DNA of 64,000 bases from Trueperaceae bacterium. GTDB taxonomy: Bacteria; Deinococcota; Deinococci; Deinococcales; Trueperaceae. Numbering within the stretch: position 1 is the stretch's first letter; every line of letters starts with the position of its first letter. The position numbers and the translations under genes were made by a program. The stretch spans positions 64,001 through 128,000 of the forward strand of contig OZ243956.1 of NCBI GenBank assembly GCA_965214405.1, written 5' to 3'. Positions 39,909-48,643 of this stretch are shown here, one piece after another. Under the pieces are notes generated by a model. The model saw only the letters and a list, made by a program, of their open reading frames with translations. It ran no database searches and had not been told where the DNA came from.

Positions 39909-40111
39909 GCTCGAGCCATTTCGTGGATATCGGCTAAGTTTTGGTTTCTTTCGGGGGTCGTGATAGCTTTTATGTGAAACCTCTTAAACGGGTTTTCTAA
40001 AGGGCGTCAATTCCTAGGCCATTGGCCTTTTAGTATCTTTATGTTATTATGTGTGATAATTATAGGTCAGGAGGTGATGACATAAATAATAAGATGTGAT
40101 AACATTGTGCT

Positions 40112-40516
40112 ATGACTACTACGCATCTCACCTGGAAGTTTCCGCAGCTCCTCGAGAGGGAGCGCATCACGGTGGCCGCACTCCTGCGGGAGTTAGAAGG
40201 CCAGGTAGGCCGCGCCACGCTCTACCGCTGGAGCACCGAAGAACCCCGCTACATCGACCGTGAGGTGCTCGAGAAAGTTTTGGGCGCGCTCTCGCACATG
40301 ACGGGTAAGTCTTTGAGCGTAAGCGACCTTTTAGAAGTCGAGCCGTCACCCAGGGGCCTCAGCGCCTCGGGCCTGCCTTATACCGGCGACCCCGACACCG
40401 ACGAGGTCTTAGACGACGTTGAGCTTGTGAAACGCATTCGCAGCTTAGAGCGCGGTGAGGCCGCGCTCGTTCCCTGGGAAGAGGTTAAGAGGGAGCAACG
40501 GTCCAGGCGCGGGTGA
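40112..40516 (+). CDS. Cro/C1-type HTH protein, probable antitoxin
   Basis: LLERERITVAAL...VGRATLYRW HTH, SVSDLLE; C-terminal VPWEEVKRE typical of antitoxins; upstream of a RelE-like gene. Confidence 0.7.
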   Translation: MTTTHLTWKFPQLLERERITVAALLRELEGQVGRATLYRWSTEEPRYIDREVLEKVLGALSHMTGKSLSVSDLLEVEPSPRGLSASGLPYTGDPDTDEVLDDVELVKRIRSLERGEAALVPWEEVKREQRSRRG

Positions 40517-40568
40517 GGATGTAAGGGCCAAAGGGCCTGACCCCAGGGTCAATCTACACTCTTGGTCA

Positions 40569-40867
40569 TGACCCATAAGATTTCACTTACCGACGAGGCT
40601 CGAGCCGACCTAGACGGCATCAAAGACAACCACACCTACAGCGCCACCGAGCGCAAAATAGACGAGCTGGCAACCGAGCCGGGGCAACGCGGGGAGCCCC
40701 TGCGCGGCGACCTCAAGGACTACCGGAAGCTCAAGGCTGCTAAGCGTTGTCGCGTCATCTATAGAGTCACCGTAGAAGAAGGGCGGGTAACGGTTGTGGT
40801 GATGGGTATTCGCAAAGAGGGTGACAAAAGAGACGCCTGTGAGATCGCCAGAAAGAGGTTGACGTGA
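40569..40867 (+). CDS. RelE/ParE-family toxin
   Basis: The ORF track lists 40562-40867; ATG placed near 40569 after TACACT (approximate); ISLTDEARADL, GEPLRGDLKDYRKLK, RVIYRV, VMGIRK. Confidence 0.75.
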
Positions 40868-40964
40868 AGCGAACCTTTGCAATGAAGCTCGAGACCCTTG
40901 TTCACGACCTCTCTCTCTTCGCTAGTGGGTAAAACGCGTGCTACACTCGCTACGGAGGAACACG

Positions 40965-41189
40965 ATGAGGCTCACCGGCAGGCTCGCTGTAGCGATGTGG
41001 TTCACGGGGTGGTTGACAGTTCCGCTCGCCTTTGCCCAGATAGATCCGCAAGCACAAGTTGTTTTGGACCGCTACGAGCAGCGCGTCGAGGAAGCGCTGG
41101 CCGCACGCGGTGAATCCTTGGCGACCCCCATCGACACCCTCAAAACGGTCACGGTTATGCACCTTGACAGCATGAAACACCTTTTGTGA
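40965..41189 (+). pseudogene. Short or truncated secreted protein
   Basis: GGAGG SD; signal peptide ending AFA-Q; only 74 aa with an abrupt end. Confidence 0.4.
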
Positions 41190-41199
41190 AGCACGAACC

Positions 41200-42129
41200 A
41201 TGAAACACGTCGTCAGCGTGTCAACCGGAGCCTCGAGCCGCGACACGGATCAAACGATAGACCTCTTGGGCGAACGCGTCCACATCGAGCGGCGCGGGAC
41301 TGATGGGGACCTAAAAAGAGCCGCCGAAATTATCCGCGCGCTCGACGGCAAGGTGGGCGCGTTTGGGCTCGGGGGCATGGACCTTTACGTTTATGCGGGC
41401 GGCAAGCGCTATCCTATCCGCGACGCGCAGCGTTTGGCAAAGCACGCAAAAGTAACGCCCATCGTTTGTGGGGCGGGGCTCAAGAACACGCTCGAGCGCA
41501 TCGTCGTCGAAAACCTTGACGAAAGAATCCGCTGGCGCGGCAAGCGGGTGCTGATGGTCTCGGCGGTGGACCGCTTCGGCATGGCTGAGGCTCTGGACGC
41601 CGCGGGCGCGGACGCGCTTTATGGCGACGCGATTTTCGCGCTTGGGTTGCCCTGGCCTATCCGCAACTTAGGCGCGTTGCGCCGCGCCGCGCGTCTTTTA
41701 CTGCCGGGGGTGCTGGCGCTGCCCATCGGCTGGATTTATCCGCAGGGGGAGCAGCAGGAGCGTTCAGCCTCACAGAGCCACAGCCGCTACTTTAGGTGGG
41801 CCGAGGTCGTCGCGGGCGACTGGCACTACATCAGGCGCTACGCGGCTAGTCTGACGGGCAAAACGGTGCTGACCAATACCACCACGCCTGACAATGTCGA
41901 GTGGGCGAGGGCACGGGGGGCAACTAGACTTATCACCACCACCCCGCGTTTCGGAGGCCGCAGCTTGCCGACGAATCTGCTCGAGGCCGCCTTTGTGGCT
42001 CTCGCAGGTTATCCGCTCACCCCGGACGATTACCGAACGCTTATAGCAAGGGCGGGGCTGGGGCCGAATGTGGTAGACCTCGCCTCATCCGCACCTGACT
42101 CGCTTGAGCTCGCCCAAACCCCCGTCTAA
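41200..42129 (+). CDS. Conserved hypothetical protein (family often auto-annotated quinate 5-dehydrogenase)
   Basis: VVSVS.G.S.RD, ERRGTDGD, GLKNTLE, SAVDRFGMAE, LTNTTT, GRSLPTN. Confidence 0.65.
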   Translation: MKHVVSVSTGASSRDTDQTIDLLGERVHIERRGTDGDLKRAAEIIRALDGKVGAFGLGGMDLYVYAGGKRYPIRDAQRLAKHAKVTPIVCGAGLKNTLERIVVENLDERIRWRGKRVLMVSAVDRFGMAEALDAAGADALYGDAIFALGLPWPIRNLGALRRAARLLLPGVLALPIGWIYPQGEQQERSASQSHSRYFRWAEVVAGDWHYIRRYAASLTGKTVLTNTTTPDNVEWARARGATRLITTTPRFGGRSLPTNLLEAAFVALAGYPLTPDDYRTLIARAGLGPNVVDLASSAPDSLELAQTPV

Positions 42130-42137
42130 ACCTCAGT

Positions 42138-43227
42138 TCAAGCGGCGACGCCTTCGCGCGCACCCCACTCGAGGCCCGACCAGATAAGCCCCTCGATATC
42201 GCCGTCTAGCACGTTATCGGGATCGTGGCGCATCTCGCCGCTGCGGTGGTCCTTGATGTACTGCTTGTCGAGGACGTAAGAGCGGATTTGCGAGCCCCAC
42301 TCGATGGCCTTTTGCTCGCCGCGGGCTTCGCGCTGCTCGTCCAAGCGCCGCCGCTCTTCTCGCTCCCAGAGCCTGCTGCGAAGGACCGTCATCGCCTTCT
42401 CGCGGTTTTTGATTTGCGACTTGCCGTCCTGGCAGGTCACCATGATTTCGTCACTCGTGCCGCCTTTATAGACCACCCGCACCGCCGAGTCGGTCGTATT
42501 CACCGACTGACCGCCGGGTCCCGAGGAGCGGTAGACGTCCACCCGCACGTCGTTGGGGTCGATGGCAACCTCAATGGCGTCGTCTATCTCGGGCATCACC
42601 TCGGCGGAGGCGAAACTCGTGTGACGGCGCCCCTGCGCGTCAAAGGGGCTCACCCGCACCAAACGGTGAACGCCGCTCTCGACCCGGAGGAGGCCAAAGG
42701 CGCGCTCGCCGCGCACGATCATCTGCGCGTAGTCGACGCCGCCCGGTGCGGCGTCGCTTGGCACCAAGTCCAGCACCTCGACCTTGAAGCCCTGCCGCTC
42801 GGCGAAGCGGCGGTACATGCGAAAGAGCATCCCGGCCCAGTCCGACGACTCGGTGCCGCCCGCGCCGGGTTTGATGGTGAGAATCGCCGCGCGCTCGTCG
42901 TGCGCACCCGAAAAGAGCGTTTCGCGGTAGAGCTCGTCCAAAGTTTTCTGAATGCGCGCCCGCTCGTCCTCCAACTCCGCCTTTTCCTCGTCGGAAGCTA
43001 TCTCGAAGAGTTCGGACAAGCCTTCGACGTCATTTTCCAACCTCGCAAAGCTCTCTACCACCCGCCGCAACCGCGTCGCCTCCTGCGTGACCTCTTTGGC
43101 CTCGGTGGGGTCGTTCCACAGGCCCGGGTCGTTCAGTCGGGGTTCTAAAGCCTTTAGCCGGGCCTCTTTGTGAGCAACATCAAAGATACCCCCGAAGGGC
43201 CAGAAGTTGTTCTTTTTGTTCCTGCAT
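42138..43227 (-). CDS. prfB: Peptide chain release factor 2, programmed +1 frameshift
   Basis: SPF and GGQ motifs; short first frame from ATG 43227 ending CGGGGG TAT CTT TGA (CTT TGA at 43185-43180). Confidence 0.95.
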
Positions 43228-43606
43228 GATGCGTCTCCTTTTGGGCGCAGGGCGCGCCCTCGTTTACCGTCTCAGCCTATCGTAACGCATTCTCTCCAAC
43301 GTTCGCGTCTTTAGAGGTTAGGCGTCGGGCAATCCCGCTGCTCCGTCACCCCTTTACCGCCACCCTGTCACCACCCTGTCACCACACCGTCACCCCCTTC
43401 ACCGAAAGCTAATTCTTCAACGTTACCTTGGGTGGGCCTATGTTAGCATCGAAAAACGCCGTACGAACGGTTCTTTTACAACTTGGGTTGAGTTTTATCG
43501 TTTTGAACTTTTGGGGTGCCCCAAGCCTGACTCGGCCTGGCCCACCCGCTCGACGCTTTTTGAACGGTGCTTCGAGATAAGCACCGACCTTACCGGAGGG
43601 TTTTGT

Positions 43607-44341
43607 TTGTCCCAGTTCCGTCTCCTTCTCGACTTTTTGGACATCGTCGTCGTCGCCGTGCTTTTGTATCAGGTTTACAGGCTGCTCATGGGCTCGAGGG
43701 CCTGGAACGTGTTCCGCGGGCTCGCCGCGCTCGCGGGGTTGTGGTTTTTGGCGACCCAGCTCGGGCTGAACGCGACCGAATGGCTTTTTGACCGGGCGGC
43801 CCCGGTTGCGTTCTTGGCGGTCGTGATCGTGTTTCAGCCCGAGCTGCGGAGCGCCCTGGAGCATTTCGGGCGAGGCCGCGGGGGCCGCACCGTGGGCGGC
43901 GACCCCGTGCAGGAGATCATGTCGGCGGTGCGCGAACTCGCCACCCAGCGGCGGGGCGTGCTGATTGCGGTCGAGCAGGGGACGCCCCTAGACGAGTACG
44001 GCGCGGTGGGCACACGCCTCAACTCACCCGTGTCATCCGCGCTGCTCCAGACCATTTTCGGCTCCTACGGCCCGCTGCACGACGGCGGCGTGATTATCCG
44101 TGACGACGTGGTGACGCACGCGGGCGCGATTTTCCCCTTGTCGGACAAACACGAGGGCTGGTCGGTCAAGCACGGGACGCGGCACCGGGCGGCCTTGGGG
44201 CTGTCCGAAGCGACCGACGCGCTCGTCATCGTCGTGAGCGAGGAGCGCGGCTCGGTGAGCGTCGCGCAGGAGGGCGTGCTGAAGAGCGACATCGCTCCGG
44301 CGGACGTGCTCGAGGCCCTCCGGGAGATCTACCACTCGTGA
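43607..44341 (+). CDS. cdaA: Diadenylate cyclase CdaA (DacA)
   Basis: Three N-terminal TMs, VIVFQPELR, PLHDGG (DGA variant), GTRHRAA, VSEE; TTG start after GGAGG. Confidence 0.9.
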   Translation: MSQFRLLLDFLDIVVVAVLLYQVYRLLMGSRAWNVFRGLAALAGLWFLATQLGLNATEWLFDRAAPVAFLAVVIVFQPELRSALEHFGRGRGGRTVGGDPVQEIMSAVRELATQRRGVLIAVEQGTPLDEYGAVGTRLNSPVSSALLQTIFGSYGPLHDGGVIIRDDVVTHAGAIFPLSDKHEGWSVKHGTRHRAALGLSEATDALVIVVSEERGSVSVAQEGVLKSDIAPADVLEALREIYHS

Positions 44342-45390
44342 AGCCGGGCAAGCGAGGCGTGGGGCGGGTGAATGTGAGAGGGTGGCTCGAGCATTGGCCG
44401 CAAAAGCTGGCCGCGCTGGGGTTAGCCGTGCTCTTCTGGGTGTTCGTCTCCACCGACGAAACGGTGACGACGCAGCGCTCTTTGCTCGTGCCGCTTAACC
44501 TCCTGGGCCTGAATGCAAACCAAATCCCCGTCGGCGTGCCCGATACCGTCGAGGTCACCGTGTCGGGGCCGGGGCCGCGCATGGACGCGTTGCGGGGTGA
44601 GAATTTGGACGCCGTGCTCGACCTGCGTGGAACCGAAAACGAGTTTGAACGCAACGTCAACGTGTTCCCGCCCCAGGGCCTCACGCTGGTACGCGTCAAC
44701 CCGGGCGAGGTTATCGGCTTCGTTGAAACCCAGAGCAGTAAGCAGGTGCCGGTGAGGGTGGTCTATCTCGGTTCGGAGGGCGCGACGGGAGGTGCAGCGA
44801 CGGATGCGGCCACAAATCCGGCCACAGGCGCAGGAACAGCCCCAGGAACGGACCTCCTCGTCACGCCTATTGTGACGCCGGGCGAGGTGACCGTGCGGGG
44901 ACGTACCGACACGCTTCAGGAAGTCACCGCCGCGCTCGCCCTTGTTGACGGAAACGCTGACGGCGCAAGCGCGGCGGACGCGGGTGCGGGCGGGGTGAAC
45001 GCGGCACCCTACGCCGTGGACGCCTCGGGTCAACCCGTCGCGGGGGTGACGCTCGAGCCTGCCACCGTCGCCGTCACCCTCCGCCGGGAGCCCGTGCTCC
45101 ACCTGCGCACCCTGCCCCTCACGCTCAGCCTCCCCGATGTGTCGCCGCTGGTGGTCGAAAGCAGCGCCTTGAGCGCGGCGGAGGTCGAGCTTGCGGGGTC
45201 GGTCGAGGTACTAAACGAACTCACAGAGGTGACGGCCACCGTAGAACCCGCGACCCTGCCGGGCGCGCCGGGCAGGTATACTTTACCCTTGACGCTGTCG
45301 CTCCCCGAGGGAGTGACCGCCCTTGACACCCCGACCGTGACCTTGCGCCTAGCCGGACGCGCGAGCGAGTCGCCACCCGGCGGAGGTTGA
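44338..45390 (+). CDS. cdaR: CdaR/YbbR-like regulator
   Basis: KLAALGLAVLFWVFV anchor plus repeated beta-rich YbbR-like domains; directly after cdaA. Confidence 0.8.
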   Translation: MKPGKRGVGRVNVRGWLEHWPQKLAALGLAVLFWVFVSTDETVTTQRSLLVPLNLLGLNANQIPVGVPDTVEVTVSGPGPRMDALRGENLDAVLDLRGTENEFERNVNVFPPQGLTLVRVNPGEVIGFVETQSSKQVPVRVVYLGSEGATGGAATDAATNPATGAGTAPGTDLLVTPIVTPGEVTVRGRTDTLQEVTAALALVDGNADGASAADAGAGGVNAAPYAVDASGQPVAGVTLEPATVAVTLRREPVLHLRTLPLTLSLPDVSPLVVESSALSAAEVELAGSVEVLNELTEVTATVEPATLPGAPGRYTLPLTLSLPEGVTALDTPTVTLRLAGRASESPPGGG

Positions 45391-45394
45391 ACGC

Positions 45395-46066
45395 GTGATC
45401 TACCCCATTCGCTACTTCGGCGACCCGGTGCTGCGCCGCGCCGCGAGCCCCGTGACCGACTTTGACAAAAGCCTAGCGAAGTTGGCCGCCGACATGTTCG
45501 AAACCATGTACGACGCCAACGGCGTCGGCCTGGCCGCGCCCCAGATAGGGCTGCCGAAAAGGCTGTTCGTGGCGCTCGAGCTGGCCCCGCGAAACGAGGA
45601 CGAGATCACCGGCGAGGTTGAAGACGAGGACGCGGGCGTGGACGTCAACACCCTCACCCGCGCCGAAAAGCGCGCGCACTGGGGCGTGTTGGCCGAGCAC
45701 GTGATGGTCAACCCCGACATCATCCACCGCGAAAAGGTGCAGCGCGTGCAAGACGGCTGCCTGAGCCTGCCCGGTCTTTACGCCGAGGAGGTGGAACGCG
45801 ACCTTAAAGTGAGCGTGCGCTATCAAGACCTGACGGGAAGAGCGCTCGAGCGCGCCGCCGAGGGCCACTTCGCCCACGTCATCCAGCACGAACTCGACCA
45901 CTTAAACGGCGTGCTCTTTATCGACCGTTTGCCGGAGGAGGAGCGGCGCGCGTTTATGAACACGCACCGCCGCGAACTCGCGGGGATGCAGCGCGACGCC
46001 AAGGCGCTCCTCAAGAGGTTGCGCCACGAGCCGCTACTTACGCCTGTCGGAACCGCGTCAAGGTAG
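45395..46066 (+). CDS. def: Peptide deformylase
   Basis: GVGLAAPQIG, DGCLS, QHELDHLNG. Confidence 0.95.
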   Translation: MIYPIRYFGDPVLRRAASPVTDFDKSLAKLAADMFETMYDANGVGLAAPQIGLPKRLFVALELAPRNEDEITGEVEDEDAGVDVNTLTRAEKRAHWGVLAEHVMVNPDIIHREKVQRVQDGCLSLPGLYAEEVERDLKVSVRYQDLTGRALERAAEGHFAHVIQHELDHLNGVLFIDRLPEEERRAFMNTHRRELAGMQRDAKALLKRLRHEPLLTPVGTASR

Positions 46067-46996
46067 ATGCGCGTCGCTCTTTTCGGCTCCCCCACCTTTG
46101 CGCTGCCCGTGTTGGAGGCTTTGCGCGCCCACCATGAGGTCGCGCTGGTCATCACTCAACCCGACAAGGGCGCGGGCCGCGGGCTCAAACTCACCGCGCC
46201 GCCCGTGGCTAAGCGGGCCAGGGCGTTGGGGCTGAGGCTCGAGCAGCCTTCAAAGTTAAAGAAAAACGAGGGTTTTCATGCACTCGTGCGTGAGCTTGAC
46301 TTAGACGTCGCTATCACCGCCGCATACGGGAAAATTCTGCCGGGAAGTTTACTTGATACTCCCAAACACGGTTTTCTCAACGTTCACGCGAGTCTGCTGC
46401 CCAACTACCGCGGCGCGGCCCCCGTCCAGTGGGCCTTGATCAACGGCGAAAAGGAAACGGGCGTAAGCATCATGCAAACGGATGTGGGGCTTGATACCGG
46501 ATCCGTTCGCTTGCAAAAATCTTTAGATATTGCGCCCGAAGACGACGCGCTGACGCTTTTTGATAAGCTTTCGGCGCTTGGGGCGGAAACTCTTTTGGAG
46601 GCTTTGGGGGCGCTCGAGCGGGGCACCCTCCCCTGCCACCCGCAAGACGAGGGCGCGGCCACGCACGCGGGGCTGCTGAGCAAAGAGGACGGCGAAGTCC
46701 GCTGGGAAGACTCGGCGGAGGGTATTCGTAACCGCTTCCGGGGCGTTATCGCTTGGCCGGGGACGTGGACGACGCGGGGTAGGGGCGTGCTCAAAATTCA
46801 CGGGCTCGAGGCTCACCAAAAAACTAGGTCGGGTGAGGTGGGGCGGGTGCTTGATGTGAGCGACGCCGGAGTGCTCGTGGCTGCCGGGACGGGGGCGGTC
46901 CTGCTCAAGGCTGTGCAGCCCGCGGGCAAGCCCCGGATGGACGCGCGCGCCTGGGCCAACGGCTACGGCGCAAAGGTGGGAGATTCTTTTGTCTGA
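46067..46996 (+). CDS. fmt: Methionyl-tRNA formyltransferase
   Basis: FGSPTFA, TQPDK, NVHASLLPNYRGAAP. Confidence 0.95.
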   Translation: MRVALFGSPTFALPVLEALRAHHEVALVITQPDKGAGRGLKLTAPPVAKRARALGLRLEQPSKLKKNEGFHALVRELDLDVAITAAYGKILPGSLLDTPKHGFLNVHASLLPNYRGAAPVQWALINGEKETGVSIMQTDVGLDTGSVRLQKSLDIAPEDDALTLFDKLSALGAETLLEALGALERGTLPCHPQDEGAATHAGLLSKEDGEVRWEDSAEGIRNRFRGVIAWPGTWTTRGRGVLKIHGLEAHQKTRSGEVGRVLDVSDAGVLVAAGTGAVLLKAVQPAGKPRMDARAWANGYGAKVGDSFV

Positions 46997-48404
46997 CTTT
47001 AGCAATCCTGACGCAGATACGCCTAATTTAGAGGATTCCGATATAGATATACAGGACATAGAACCCTCTTTCTCAGCCCCTCCTTCGCGCACCGTCGCCA
47101 TCGTCGGGCGGCCCAACGTGGGTAAATCGAGCCTTTTTAACCGCCTCGTCGGGCGGCGCGAGGCCATCGTCGCGGACGTGCCGGGGGTCACGCGGGACGT
47201 GAAAGAAGGCCGTGTCGAGAGCGACTTGGGCGGCACCTTTACGCTCCTCGACACGGGCGGCCTCTGGTCGGGTGACGAGTGGCAGGAGAAAATCAAGCGG
47301 CGCACCGAGTTCGCCTTGCGCGGTACCAGCCTCGTGCTTTTCTGCGTGGACGGTCGCAGTGAGCTTTCCGCCGCCGACCGCGAGATTGCGAACTGGCTAC
47401 GGACCCTCAACAAAGAAACGCTCTTGTTAGCCACCAAAATGGACGACCCGCGCCACGAGGAAAATCCGGAGCTTTATGAACTCTACGCGCTGGGCTTTGG
47501 CGAGCCCCTATACATCTCCGCAGAGCACGCGCGCGGCACCTATGAGCTGGTGGATTTGATCCTCGAGAAGCTCCCCCCCGAAACCGACGAGGCCGAAGAG
47601 GAGCCCGTCCGCGTCGCCATCATTGGGCGGCCCAACGTTGGCAAATCGAGTCTGCTCAACGCTCTCGTAGGCGACGAACGCACCATCGTCGCCAACATGC
47701 CCGGCACGACGAGGGACGCCGTCGACATCAAATTCGACTTTGGCGGGCGGCCCTTTGTGCTGGTTGACACCGCGGGCATCCGCCGCAAACCCGACGAGGA
47801 CGTCGAGTTCTATTCCAAGCTGCGCTCCGAGCAGGCGCTGCTGAGTTCGGACGTGTCCATTTTGGTCGTCGACCCCTTTGAAATGGGCGACCACGAACTG
47901 CGCATCGCCAACTTGGCTCTGGAGGCGGGCAAGCCCGTCGTCGTCGCCATCAACAAATGGGACTTGGTGAGCGACGCGCAGCTCCCCGAGTTCGAGCGCG
48001 ACATCGCCGAGGCGCTCGCGCACCTTCACTTTGCGCCCAAGGTCTACACGAGCGCGCTCAACGCGTACGGTTTGCACGACCTGTTGGCGACCGTGATTCG
48101 GCTCTACGACACCGCGCGCTTTAGGGTGTCTACCGGCAACGTGAACCGCTGGTTGGAAGTCTGGACCCAGCGCCAGAGCCCGCCCAACTTCAAGGGCAAG
48201 CCCTTGAAACTCCTCTACGGCACCCAGGCCGATGTCGCGCCGCCCACCTTTGTCATTTCTGTCAACAACGAAAAATTTGTGACGCGCGCGTATGAACATT
48301 ACTTGCTAAACCGCATCCGCGAGGATTTGGGCTTTGCGGAGGTGCCCATCCGCATGGTGTTTAAGTCGCGGAGTAAGGACGGCGGCAAGCGGGTAAAGCT
48401 TTAA
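46989..48404 (+). CDS. der: Ribosome biogenesis GTPase Der (EngA)
   Basis: Two GTPase domains (GRPNVGKSS twice, DTGG/DTAG, NKWD) plus a KH-like C-terminus. Confidence 0.96.
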   Translation: MSDFSNPDADTPNLEDSDIDIQDIEPSFSAPPSRTVAIVGRPNVGKSSLFNRLVGRREAIVADVPGVTRDVKEGRVESDLGGTFTLLDTGGLWSGDEWQEKIKRRTEFALRGTSLVLFCVDGRSELSAADREIANWLRTLNKETLLLATKMDDPRHEENPELYELYALGFGEPLYISAEHARGTYELVDLILEKLPPETDEAEEEPVRVAIIGRPNVGKSSLLNALVGDERTIVANMPGTTRDAVDIKFDFGGRPFVLVDTAGIRRKPDEDVEFYSKLRSEQALLSSDVSILVVDPFEMGDHELRIANLALEAGKPVVVAINKWDLVSDAQLPEFERDIAEALAHLHFAPKVYTSALNAYGLHDLLATVIRLYDTARFRVSTGNVNRWLEVWTQRQSPPNFKGKPLKLLYGTQADVAPPTFVISVNNEKFVTRAYEHYLLNRIREDLGFAEVPIRMVFKSRSKDGGKRVKL

Positions 48405-48643
48405 CCTCTCGCTTGCGTAAAAAATAAAGAGCTCCGGGAATACGTAGAGAGGCGTGAGGCTCGAGCATCTTTCCCCTTTGTGAGCCTTTTCCAAGCCCTT
48501 TCCGCACCGGGGCTTAGCCAAACCAAGCTCCAGGGTTGTACAACTCGCTTTACAACACTAACTTTGCCTGACACCTCCTAGACGCCAAGGGTGTAGCATG
48601 ATGCACCACACGTTCTGATCCTTGGTTATGAGGAGGTAAACCC

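Noticed and set aside
40068..40086. AGGAGGTGATGACATAA as a CreT-like mini-ORF
   Set aside because: SD-start spacing too short, no rare-codon pair or hairpin, and no guide match found.
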